From Rotaria socialis (Eukaryota): DNA of 64,000 nucleotides. The stretch is taken from NCBI GenBank assembly GCA_905331295.1, contig CAJNYD010000407.1, forward strand, positions 124,001-188,000, read 5' to 3'. Under the pieces are notes generated by a model. The model saw only the letters and a program-made list of their open reading frames with translations, was not told the DNA's origin and made no database searches. This document shows positions 1 to 13,014 of this stretch, piece by piece. Within the stretch, counting starts at the first letter, position 1, and the number at the start of each line of letters is the position of its first letter. The position numbers and the translations under genes were made by a program.

Positions 1-83
1 TATTATTATTATTATTATTATTATTATAGTTGTATCAAGGTCAACATACTTCCTATCTATTTTAATTCATCTTTAATTTTTAG

Positions 84-1135
84 TATGTATTCAATTGTCA
101 ATCATGGGTTACATCATGTGCATTTAGTAAATTTCATCCAAATATTGTCTTAGGTGGTACATATAGTGGCCAAATTGTTGTTTGGGACACTCGGACAAAT
201 AAACGAACACCTGTACAACGTACAGCCTTATCAGCTTCATCACATACTCACCCGGTCTATTGTTTGCAAGTTATTGGTACACAAAATGCAAATAATTTAA
301 TTTCAATATCGAATGAAGGCAAAATGTGTTCATGGAATATTGAAATGATGACACAACCACAAGAGAGTATGGATTTAGCCTATCGAACAAAGCCTGTTGC
401 AGCAACACGAATGGTTTTCCCGGGTGTTGAAGTAAATAATTTTATCATTGGAAGTGAAGAAGGACAAGCCTATTCAGGTTCAAGACATGGAAATAAAGCA
501 GGAATTCAAGAAAGTTATGAAGGACATTTTGGTCCAATCACAGGTTTGTTTTACTTTCGATAGAAAGAAAAATAATTATAGTAAATATGAATGCATTACA
601 TTTGTCTTTGTTTTTTTTTAATTATTATAAAGGTCTCAGTTGTCATAATGTCAATGGTTCAATAGATTTCTCACCGTTATTTTTAACTTCTTCATTTGAT
701 TGGAGTGTCAAGTTGTGGTCATTGAAAGAATCTAAACCATTAAATTCATTTGAAGTTAATAGTGATTATGTTACCGATGTACGTTGGTCACCAGTACATC
801 CAAGTGTATTTTTAACATGTGATATCACTGGTCGTTTTGATATATGGAATTTGAATCATGATTCAGAATTGCCATTGTTAAGTACAACACTTGATGGAAA
901 TGTTGCTTTGAACAAATGTTTATGGGCTCATAATGGTCAACAAATTATATTAGGTGATGATCAAGGTAAATTACGTTTATATGGTGTTAATGAATTTTTA
1001 ACAAATCCAAAACAAGATGATTTTAATAAATTGAGCAATACATTACAAGACTTTAAACGAAATACACTAGATGCATTCGATGATAATCATCCTACAAATG
1101 CAGCAACAGCTACAGCAACGACAACAACGAGTTAA
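84..1135 (+). CDS. DYNC1I: Cytoplasmic dynein 1 intermediate chain, WD40 C-terminal part (5' end outside window). Exons ~84-543 and 633-1135.
   Basis: Spliced translation [47 protein letters not shown]...HTHPVYC...[13 protein letters not shown]...[15 protein letters not shown]...[16 protein letters not shown] matches dynein IC motifs. GT-AG intron 544-632. Confidence 0.93.
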
Positions 1136-1259
1136 AAATCTGCTATTCATAGTTCATACATGAACAAAAAACAAAAAAATAATACATTTCGTTCAATTTC
1201 TTATCTTCTTTGTTAAATATGTATTCGCGATATATAATGGCAAACTTATATCTTTTATT

Positions 1260-2171
1260 TCAGTTTTTTTTCTTCATTAAAAAAACAGAGTTTAAAACTT
1301 TAAAATTTATTGCATTAAATCCATTTCCATAATAATGATTCCAATCAAAATCAGACGATTGCTTATTTTCAGCACTAAATGCATGTAACATATTTTCTTC
1401 GTCATGGTCAAATTCTAATTCTTCTTCTTCTTCTTCTAATTGATGTTTTGTTTTACAACGTGCACCTTGTCCATATAATTTTCCTGTTCGACGATTACGA
1501 AAAGTAGCAATCGTGCGAAATGTTAATGATATACGTTGACTAGAAAAAGCTAATTCATCCGTATCTTTATCCATATCTAATCGATTATCTTGTTTAATTG
1601 AATGAAACCATTCACGATTGGTTCTCCAACCTAATACAAATAATGAATTATGAGGTAATTTAAAACGTTGTTTTAAGCCACTTTGAGTTTTATGTTTGAG
1701 AATCATAGTTCGAGTGGCACCTAAACTATAATTAAGTATATTTGAATCAATTAATACATCTAATGTTTTATCAGAATGTTCACCAATAAAATCTTTTCCA
1801 TTGCGATAATATTGTACTAAAGCATGATTTAAGTTTTGCTCCATAATTTCTTCAATTCTTTGTTTTATAATTAACGCTGTTGGCGTCCACGGTACAAGTT
1901 CAGGTTGCTCATCGGCTGGATGACGATAAAGTGGTTCATATTCATCTTTATCTTCAATATGTAGGGCACCTTGAATAGAGATATCACGTGGCACACGTCC
2001 ACCTTTCTGTTTCATTTCATTCCAGTTTACTTCATCACGTAATTTTGAAAAAAAATTATCAGCTATACCAATTGGAAAAATATTTACTAAAAGAAATGAG
2101 TCGTTAGAACCACAAGACATTGCATTTAAAGCCCAATTAGGTATTGATGAAATGGAATAATTTGTGGCCAT
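1260..2171 (-). CDS. AlkB-like 2OG-Fe(II) dioxygenase, intronless, 303 aa
   Basis: HxD (IGEHSDKTLD), distal His (WFHSI), RxxxxxR (RISLTFR) and SLGATRTM motifs. Confidence 0.88.
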   Translation of the reverse strand: MATNYSISSIPNWALNAMSCGSNDSFLLVNIFPIGIADNFFSKLRDEVNWNEMKQKGGRVPRDISIQGALHIEDKDEYEPLYRHPADEQPELVPWTPTALIIKQRIEEIMEQNLNHALVQYYRNGKDFIGEHSDKTLDVLIDSNILNYSLGATRTMILKHKTQSGLKQRFKLPHNSLFVLGWRTNREWFHSIKQDNRLDMDKDTDELAFSSQRISLTFRTIATFRNRRTGKLYGQGARCKTKHQLEEEEEELEFDHDEENMLHAFSAENKQSSDFDWNHYYGNGFNAINFKVLNSVFLMKKKN

Positions 2172-3174
2172 TTTTATTTATTTAAAATATAGCTACTGTT
2201 CTAAAAGAATATATCAAATATTCACGAAGAAAAAAAATCATCATGTTGTTCAGTATTCTGATTCGAAGAAATTCTTTTGAGAATTATCTTGTATATTTCT
2301 TTATTAGAAACTATACATATTAAATATCATGAACAATAGAATTCTAGAAAAAAAAGAGATTGAGACGAATAAGAGTGTCAATTTTCCTTTTTTGTTTTCT
2401 TTTGATTTGAAAGAATTCGGTTGCTCAGATCTGATCATTTATTCATTCTTTTCATGTGCGAAGAAAGTTTAACAATGCAAAATATATTAATTTATCATCT
2501 AATTGACATTTAGTTTATTTTTCTTAGAAAAAATGTTATCTATAGCATTCATGTTCTTGAAGTACATATCAGAGTGTGAGTCCTGGCAAGGAAAAAAGCA
2601 AATTTTTATGGCCCTATCTTGTCAGATGATCGAAGCAGAATGATATCTTCATTACAGTTTCTATTTTGTTCTTTGACTTGACTTCTAGAACTGTAGTTCA
2701 AATTATGTTTGAAAGTACATGACCTCAGGAAGTAATTTTCCAATTGATCATTGCGTGAGTAAAAATTTGTTAAAACTCAAATCGAGTTTTGAATAAAACG
2801 GCTATTTCGTAGCTCATCTCATGAATTCTTAACGAATTATTTTATGTTGTATTTACTGTTAAATCAATTTATATTTTCTTACGCTCACTCACTTGTTGAA
2901 CTCATTTTTCGAATAATGATAAATGATGTATATTATTAATCAAATTTATCATCAAGTTTATTCATGGCATTAGGGATACTCTTTTTAAGCGTAAAGCTTA
3001 TTGGTTCAATAGAAGACTAGAAAAAAATTCTTCACTACTTTAATAAGCTAAACAATGTGACTTATGTTTTAATACGTAAATATAATCCAAACGCAATCTT
3101 GTAATTTAACACTTTCTTTATCTGAACAGATATTATGTACCCCAATATATGTACAGGCATATCTTTATTTGTTT

Positions 3175-3179
<5 letters not shown>

Positions 3180-3204
<25 letters not shown>
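3180..3204. repeat. (CT)n microsatellite
   Basis: Direct reading of the tctctc run. Confidence 0.9.
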
Positions 3205-3205
<1 letters not shown>

Positions 3206-4286
3206 TCTACTACAAATGGGAAGAACAACAAAGACTAATGGTATTTCTTTATGGTTGATACGATGACGATAGAGACGAACAACAGATGACTGTCGAAACA
3301 AAGAAACATAAGAAGAAAATCTTACGTTTACATTCATGTACGTTTTCTGACTTCTTAGTATATACTACATAAGTAGAGAGAGTTTGTTTCTTTCCTTTCG
3401 TTCGTGATAGATGTCTGCTTGTTACGAAGATGATAGATTTAGCGACTTATTGTAGACAATTATTGGGTATTCTACACATCTCTTTCTCCGTTAATTTTAT
3501 TCTTTTCGCGTGATGTTAATGGCGAGATATCATTTTTAGGTAAAACAAAATAACCGATAGATTATATCGTATTCATTTTACTCTGCCAGAAATCTATTTA
3601 CATTGACGTTTTGTTTTTCGTCTAGTTTCTCCATATGGGCTCATTTATTTCATTAATCCTCCCCCTTACGCTTGAGTGAAAAAGATAGGGGGCGAGAAAT
3701 GTTCATTATAGGATGCGACAATCATGACATGCTGCTTTGTAGTTACTATTTCAAGGAAAAGAGAGAAAAAGAATGTTCCATGTTTGGCATTTTCATATTA
3801 GGTTTTTTTCTTCGTCCCTTTTTTTGTTTACCCTCTTCAGTCTGCTACAGATTGCCTACGCTTTTTCTTTCTGTTTTTTATTTTTATCTAAAATGTTCGA
3901 CTGCGCACACATCACGTACATTTTCTTATGACTGATGTTGCTGCGACGGCAACGATTTTTTTCCTATTATTCTTGTTGGATACCTTCCTCCATTTTCTTT
4001 TTACTTAGATTCTAATTCAAAATCAACATACACACACTACACTCATGTTCTTCTTTTTATTTGAAAGCAACTAAAACCGAGTCGACAATAGAAAAAGAAA
4101 AATGAGGAAAGGAAAAATAGTGACGGCCTTGCCATGAGTCTCTTTTCTTTTACAATTATAGTCATGTTTTTTCGCTCACGCCATTTTTCTCATATTACGT
4201 ATAAAAATATCTTCAAGGTTGTATGACCTATTGATGGATTTATAATTTTTTTTGAAGTAATTTATCATATTTTCTTTTATTTAAGA

Positions 4287-5332
4287 ATGAAATATAGTCT
4301 ACGTAAGTCATTTAGTTATCGTAGACGAAAAGAGCCTTTGGGCGATGATCACACGAATCCACGTATTGATGCTCATGGTTTATCGAATTCAAATTCAAAT
4401 TTAGTGAAATCAAATCAATCAAAAAGTTTTTTAAGACGACGACGTCGTTATTCATCGTCACCACAAGCTCGATCATCACCAGAAACAACAACTTTGAAAT
4501 CATCGGATCATGGTTATAATAATCACATGAATTATGTTCATGATGATGATGTTGATTACGATAATGATGATCCGTTTTCATTACCATCCAATACAAAGAC
4601 GCGTGTACGTCCAATTGATAGATTAACAAACCAAATTCGAAAATCATTTCGAAATACTCTAACACGACAACGTCCTCGACTTGAAAGTACAAATTCAAAT
4701 AAACGTCTACTATTAAAAAAACACGATGAAAACCTGCCAGCGGACACGATTCTTCTTCCAATATCAACAGGTCTTACATCACCTTTAATTCAACCAACAC
4801 AACCAACACAAGTAGCATCAACAAATGAAAATGAAAAAACAAAAATTTCACCGAAACGACGAAAAGCTCCATTAGCACCAACATATATGTATCATTCGTA
4901 AGAGTAACATGATTCAAGTTCTTTTTCTTCCATTATTTACACTATTCAAAGTTTCTCTCGTTTAGAATTACTGTACCAAATCCAGATTGTCCAACACTTT
5001 GTATAAGTGAACTTCCAGATTTGGACTGTGTTTCATCATCAAATGACCAACCACAAAATTTATCGACAAAGAAAAACAAATTTAATCCATCATTTCGTAC
5101 ACGTCTATCTCGTTTACTTAAAAAACGTCATGCAAAACAACAGCAACATGTACAAATACAAAATTGTAGTGATGAAGACGCTGATCATCAACATCATGAT
5201 GATGATCATGATGAAATAGATCATAAAAAACTAACTCTCGGTCAACGATTTGATACATTGAGACGTTCATTACATATTGGCAATCGCAATTCAGCAACTA
5301 AAGGTAAACGTCATTTACTTTCCAATGAATGA
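4287..5332 (+). CDS. Unknown basic, Ser/Arg-rich, probably disordered protein. Exons 4287-4897 and 4966-5332; may continue via a donor at ~5304.
   Basis: GTAAG donor at 4898 and TTTAG acceptor at 4965 join ORFs 4287 and 5021 in frame (...YMYHS|ITVPNPDCPTLCISELPDLDCVSS...). Recurrent RKSF/RRSL motifs. Confidence 0.65.
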
Positions 5333-8300
5333 ATAAGTTACAAATTAGTAAAAAAAATTCATAAGCAAAATATTTGAGTAGTAACAACAAAAAAAAATTA
5401 TACGATGAGCTCTTTGTATCTACATATATACATATATATATTTTTTTTTGTTGTTGATGTATTTAACAAAATTAAGCCCAAAGATTTTTATCTTTCACAT
5501 TTATATACGCGTTCGTGAGGTATTTATTGTACTTTAAATGAAGTTTTAATTCAATTCAAATTTTATTTTATTTTTCTTCTTTTTTTTTCTGTTCTAAATC
5601 TTGTTCTTATGATAAAAAGAAAACCTAGTGTGTCTTTCTCTTTGCATATACTAAATAATAATCGTATAAATATATGTATTCATGTTGCCCAAAATAGTAC
5701 ACAAATTTATTAAAAAGAAAAAAAATCAGTATTCAAATACTTACTTAAAATTATGGTCTATTTATCTACTTGTCAATTAAAAGCATTCTTATTAAAAATG
5801 CCGAGGAGAAATATAGAAGATGAAAGATCGCATTGCGAAAGATTGTGCAATAATATTATTAAATGCGATGTCACATTTCATCATCGTACAAACACATCTA
5901 ACTGTGTTGTTAGTTAGTAATCGTGGTATAGGTAAAACAAAAAAACACCATATGATCATATTTTTTGTTTTCAATTGATTGATACAACAAATGATACATA
6001 TTTAATTGTTTTATTTTGGTATGAAACAACGAGAATGAAGTACTTTTTTTTAAATATCATATAGAAACTTTACAAACTATCAAATGCTAAAGTGAACTAT
6101 GGAATAAAATTGAATTATTATGACTCAGGAAAGCATTATTGTATAGAATTTTATAAAAATTTATTTCTAATAAACAAGCCATATTCAGATGTGATATCAT
6201 TGGTCAATGGGATGCTGAAAACTTGAGAAAATAAATACAGACTATTTGCAAGGTTGTGGATCATTCATTTTATTTAAGATAAGTTATATGATGTAGTTAC
6301 ATAAATCATAAAATATAATCGTATAGAGCATGAGATGCTTCGAATTATTAGTGTTTTTTCTTTTATCGAAACGTCAAATGAAGAGTAATCTGATTGATTG
6401 ACATGATAGTGTCTACTCTTCTATTATTCAATTAGACAAAAGCAAGCAAAAAAATATTTTTGATAAAACAACTTAAATCTCATGAAAGAAATATTTTGTT
6501 TTCGAAGAAATTTACACAGATTCAATCTTGTTGCAAGGTGTCAAAATTCTAGATATGATAGTAATCAAATGTTATCAGGAGAACTGTTCAACGCAAAATC
6601 TGAAGACTGAAAAAATATCGAATAAACTATTTTGAATAACTTCTTGTTTTGAACAATTCAAACCATACTTGACACTCGAGACAAAAATTTATTTCCGCTA
6701 ACGATTCCATTTGTTTTTTTAGGAAAACATCGTTCTTTTGTTTTTCAAATGAGATTGTAGATCTTCTGAAAAAGAAAACGATTCATTTTATGATTTGCAA
6801 TTTTGTTTCTAAGTATTCATAAGCGTCTTATCAATCACGTACGATAAATATCATTACCATATTCTATTTAATTAATTTTTCTAAACGTTCATGCAAGTAC
6901 AGATATAAATACTATCATGCAACTTGACATGAGAAAATATCGAAAACTTGAAAAAAACAAAAATATTTCTCCGCTCTTTTTTTTCCATCAAAATCGTGCA
7001 TCTGATACTGTTAACATTTTCAAACAATAAACCTTGTGATACAGCTCTATAAGTAAACATTTGCAGTGTATCAATTTGTGGACAAATTTTATACAAAAAA
7101 GAACCCTGGATATGATATATAGATAGCAACTAATAATCAACTATATTTGTAGTAGAACACGTACATCGACATGACAAATTTGGTATTTCTTAATGTATTC
7201 ACTAAAAACACGTTTTCACATCACTTGGATATTTAGAAAAACAAGTCAAGAATACTTCTCATGATGAGTTTTTATGGTTATCAAAACAGAACAGCTATTA
7301 GATGAATTTAGACTATCACTTAAATTCATCAATATCTATGGATTCGGTTGTCTGATGCATTAGAATACGCCTGTAGCATTGTCAACAATATATATATATA
7401 TATATGATGTAAAAAACAGCATATTGATATAATAGATGATTGAAAATAAATTAAGAAACGGAACAAGAAAAATAATAAACATATATCATATATATTTGAT
7501 TGACAAAATAAATTCATTAATTATATTTTATTATCTAATGGCATCTAACAGTTTTTCTATCGTTCATCATAGTTATTAATAGTGAATTCATATTTACTTA
7601 TTCCCAAATGTCATAAACAGATACGAAATTCCTCTTGTTTTTTCCCATATTTGTCAATTCCTATTATCTCATCTTACATTCTATAATGAATCCGTCGGAG
7701 ATCAATATCATTTAGCATGGCTATGTGTAACAAAGTAAATGAGTAATACGAGAAACGCTACTCATATATTATATTCATATATAAACATTTCTTATTTGCT
7801 CTAAATACTTTCCTTATTAAGGATAATGAACCCAGGACAAAACTTTCAATTGAAATATTGCAGCATACTTTCATGAAGAATAAAATAAGTTCCATATTTT
7901 TTTTTGTAGTATCAATAAGCAGGAAATTCATTTTTACTTCAAAGAATAAAAACATTGAAAATAATTAATAGCCGTACGTTTTCATCATATTGTTTTCTAA
8001 GAAAATGCACTTTTCATTTGTATCATTTACGCCTATTAAATCCATTAAATACTTGTGAAACTATAAGAGCATATTGTAAAGGAGAATTACTAATTCATCT
8101 ACATTATGAGTTTCATATGATTCTTTTATAGGTAGAGTTTCTTATCGTAGATTTTTTTTGTATGATCACCTTGACCGCTTGTTTAAAATCCATGAAGAGT
8201 TTTGGCATACGTTATACAAGGTTATATACCGGAAAATATATAAAAAAAATCGGAAATGGTTTGAATAGTTCTCCATTTATTTATTAGTCTTCAATTATTA

Positions 8301-11300
8301 TATGTCCAGTTAGTTTATGAAGTTATATAAACGGAGTGATGATGTCATCTTCAAAATAATAAAAGAATGCAATCAATGATGATGATGATGATGATGATGA
8401 TAATGATGGTCTTCATCATAATTTCCTACTGTGTGTGACGAAATACCCATAAATTTCATGTTACTAAACGAGAATAGGTGTGACACAATTTAACCATAAT
8501 GACGTCTGTGTTATGTCCTTCGGTCATACAATGGCAAATAGATTGTATACTTATGTTCTGTGTCGTCCCCAACGGTACGCCTATTTCGTGATCGTTAATT
8601 ATACTAGATTCCAACTAAACTTTTATCATTATGTTTGTCACAAAGTTTGGCTAGAAAAAAATATAGACATTTGTGTCTTGTTTTCTTTTATGACTTTATC
8701 TACTCTTCTCCACATAGACAGGCACGCGTATGCTCATACTTTTTCTATAGTCACACTCGAATGCTAGACGCTCTATTCTTCAGTTATGCACTGTTGTTGT
8801 AAAACGAGAGATGTGACATGTGTGTATATCATTTGTCCGCGTAGAAAAATCTAATTCAATCGTTAAAATAAATTGACCATCGTATGCTACTACTGCTGCT
8901 GCTGGTGCCTATCTAATTGAGATGTTTTACATATGTCTTATGTCCAGTTGGTTGATTTAATGCTCCACCCAACTCGTTTTGAATGAATTAAACATGAGAG
9001 CTTGTAATAAAAGTAACACGTGCATCGATTGGAAATCGAAATGATTCACTTATCGACAGACGACGATCTAATTACAATCTGTATTAAAAAAAAAAAGCTG
9101 CCCGCAAGGCTTGACTACGCACATACATACAGCTCAGATGAACATCATATAGCAACAAGATGTTACACAATTCAGTTCCATTTTCAGGTTTTCTGATACC
9201 TCTCTTTATTATCTTTTTCTTACATCTTACGTCACACTCTAATAGACTACAAGTAAATGACACCGAGAAGATTCACTTTTTTTTCCTTTCTACTTTGACG
9301 TCCCTTGATACAGGTGTGTATGCAAGTGGGTGTTGTATGTGAAAATTAATAGGCAAGAAGTCTAATCGTGCCCATCACCGCCATTTTGAACATCATCACT
9401 ATCATTATCATAGTCATTTTTTATTTTAAATAACGCCTGTAAGAAGAAAAAAAAGGGAGAAAGTAAATGTGATTGAGTACGGAAGACGTGCTATTCGCAT
9501 CAATGAGTAAAGTGACCGGCGCCTCATGGGCTTATATGAGTCTTAACCAACCACTTGGACAACGGAAATGGACATTAGAGTAGAAAAAAGTAAAGGTGAA
9601 AAATGCGTAATGTATGCGCTATCTTATCTTGATCGCATTAACGCCGGAATTATCGTTAGAACAAAAAAGAAACGGTAAATATAAAATATAAAATATGAAG
9701 ACAACTGGCTATTTCCATCACTTAAACATTGTCGATGATTATGACGACAACGATGATGATGATGATGTAATAGCATAGCGTGTAAATGAAGAGATATTGA
9801 CAAACGTGTCATTTTTATCGGTACATCAAAAAAGAAAAAAGAAAACGATGAGTGACAATGAGGTCAATAGTTAATATGTTCTCTTGTCTGTGTTTGTGAT
9901 AAAATGGTTACCGACCATTGATCGTGATAAAATCTGGATTTATGCATACGAGTGACTAGTCGCTTTCTGAAAAGTGGACTGTTTCATATACGTACATGTG
10001 TACATAAAACGTCTGCTTGTCAATCTGTTTCTGGTGTTCTGGATAGAAGGTGAACAAGAAAGAGAAGAAGAAATGTAATTTATTTTTATTTCTTGAGGGT
10101 TCATGTGTTTGGTATCAGTAGAAGATTGAGAGTTGATTTTGACTACTTTATCTTCGAGGTTCCCTATCTCACTTTAACGTACTTGTTCGCTCAGTTGAGC
10201 GGCAGCTGAAGTTAAGAGAGTCATTATTGACTTGTTCAATTGTAGACAAAACGTCTACATGTTTCAAAACATATAGTGACCATTCTTTTTTTTCTCTTTT
10301 ATGCTTCACGCTTAAGGAAAGAAAGACAGAGAGCAAAGAAAAATTGGCAAAAAATGATGATAGACATCAATCTGTTCTTTTTCTCTGTTGCTTGTTCCTT
10401 GTCTGGTATTATTATTGTTTCTTTTTCTTTCGTCACTATTACTACTGTTGATGTTCATACGTATCATAAGAAGACATATACACCGTGAAAGGAGGAGTAG
10501 CCGATGAATCCTTTTCAATTCAATTGATTTGAATGTAATCATACGAATCGATTCATCCGTCGTCCTCTATGTCTGTCTGTCTGTCTGTCTGTATGTTCTA
10601 TCTGATCGAAGAGTACCATTAAGATGATACATCATTTGTTACGAACACTTCTCTTATGCTACACAGTTGGATGTCTTTTTTCTTTTTGAGAAGATTAATA
10701 ATAGAAATAAAAATAGAAAGATGAGAATACGTGTTGAATGAACAGCGACAGACCAACACTTGACGAACTAAACTTTGTTTACTCGTATATTGGTATGCAT
10801 TTGTATGTTTGTAGGTCTAATCGTTCAGATGACGAATGACAACGACTACAACATTGGTAAGTGAATGCAAAGTGGAAAGCTAATAGCGGACAAATAGACC
10901 GTATATGCATACTTCTTATCGGTCTATCTCGATGACGGTGAAGAGGGATTATTTTTTTCCTTGCAAATGGCCTTCGGTTTAAATTGTCATCATTATTTCT
11001 CTTCAGGGGTCAATTTAAAAGGTCGATATGGCAGCGAAAAGCAAGGTTAGTCATACGTAGATCATTTTAAGTGTAGATAGATACTTGATTAATTCAACGG
11101 ACGAATGTCAGCTTGACGTGCCCACAGAAGCACGAACAAAAAGAACGTATCGAGTCATGCAACTAGAAAGAAATCGGCTCGGATGATTATCTGATCAAAC
11201 AGGATATGTGTAAGTATGGAGTGTGTGTTAGAAAATTTACATCATGATTACTATTTTAGACTTGATGTAAATCGTATTTTTGTTGATCATCGTCAAAACA

Positions 11301-11686
11301 GGAAAAAAACAGATGCCATTTTTATTTCCTCTAGTATTAAATGTTGAGACACAAGACAAAATATCCCATTGGGCCTCATTTGTTTAAGCAATATATTTAT
11401 TTTATCGTACGCATTTAGCTACTCCTATTTTCTTTCACAACATGAGTGTGTCTTCAGTCTTTTCGATTAGCAAAGGAACACTTTTTCATCAACCCGTTTT
11501 CTGTGTTAAGTGCTTCTATTTATGGAAGTGTGATATTAAATGAAGAAAATTCTCGGATGACAGTAGCTTTTTAAACACTATGATTACAAGGTATCGATTA
11601 GAGAAGGAGAAAAATAAAACTGGAAAATTGAGAATGCACAAAGCAGCTTTTGATTCTCGGACCCATGTCCTTGTCGATTTGAAGTA

Positions 11687-11727
11687 AATGAATGAATGAA
11701 TGAATGAATGAATGAATGAATGAATGA
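11687..11727. repeat. (GAAT)n microsatellite
   Basis: Direct reading; produces the spurious IHSFIHSF ORF. Confidence 0.9.
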
Positions 11728-13014
11728 GTGGACGAATGAATAGCAAACAAATCTCCAATGTTACGACAGCATAATATGAAGACGAGATGGCTGTCTTTTC
11801 CGGCCCACGTCTACCGAGTTAGTGCAATAGTGTTCTTAGGCGCGATCACGATTCCCACATTGTGTAAATCAATTATTGAACGCAAGACATTCGATCATTT
11901 TTCTTCTGTATATGTCGCGTGCGCATTAGACCCTCTCGTTTTCTTTGCTCTAGTTACCTCCTCCTTTTTGCTCTCCCGCTCTCTTTTTTTTTCTTCTACT
12001 CACAATTACACACTCGAGTAATATACGCTGCCGCGTGCAATCAACGCTCTTTTTACGAGTGATTTCGTTTTGCATCCGCTTTTTCTCTTGTTGTTCATTC
12101 TTACTCCTATTATTCTTTATGTCAAATTTAAATATCCGTCATAGTTCGTGCCTTGTTTCCGTTTAACGTGCATAGACTTGATTATGATCTCAAGACATTC
12201 ATCTTCGTTTTTCTTCTTCTTTTATTCATATAAATCATTAAAAAAAATCATCTTATACAACTCTATGCATCTCTCTATGTAATCAGAACTATAAAACATG
12301 AAGCAACAAATTTCTCATCTAACATAGTTCCCACAGTAGATATAAATGGGGACTATTGACTTATGTAAGTACCACGCTCGAATTATTGCGGGATAAATGC
12401 CAGATGAATCGGACAGAGACATGTATGTTATTAAAAGTTCATCATCAAGGTAAAAACTATCATTGAAAGTCGCTTTAAGACTTTAAAGGTCAAAAATCTG
12501 TTGCAGCGTGTCAGCTGCAATATTAATGAATTTTTTTTAAAACGTACCGACGTTCTCCTGTTTCTTTTTACTTCATGATACAAGCGATATTTGAGATTGG
12601 TGGAAAAGAAATCATAGAAAACATACGAAATCAGTCAATGGTCATCTATCTCGTCAATTAGCGGCTTAAGTTCAAACGAGAAAGAAAGGCAGAAAATGCA
12701 GAAGAACACATTTAAAAAATAAACAGACATGTTCAAGCTGCTGGTACCATACGTTATGATGATAATAATGGTAAAATCAGACAATAAGAGAGAAACGAGA
12801 GACGAAGAACAGTATCAGTTAATTTGATAACCATTCGTGAGCGTATGTCTGTATGTATTTATATGATGGAAAGAGAGAGAGAGAGAAGATGGTCAAAAAA
12901 GATAATATTGATCCGACTTTAGGACAACAATATTTCATTAACTTCTTTATTTATTTTTTATTGATGTTTTAGAGTATATTATTTGTTTAATTTTGATGTC
13001 ATAACCATGCTGCT

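Noticed and set aside
3062..3935. Short ORFs 3062-3337 and 3672-3935
   Set aside because: Microsatellite- and T-run-driven, with no protein-like signal.
4312..4767. 151-aa His-rich minus ORF
   Set aside because: Antisense shadow of the GAT-rich plus-strand gene.
5792..12021. Many 60-95 aa ORFs in the gene-poor tract
   Set aside because: F/I/L/Y-biased AT-rich translations, with no motifs or consistent exon chains.
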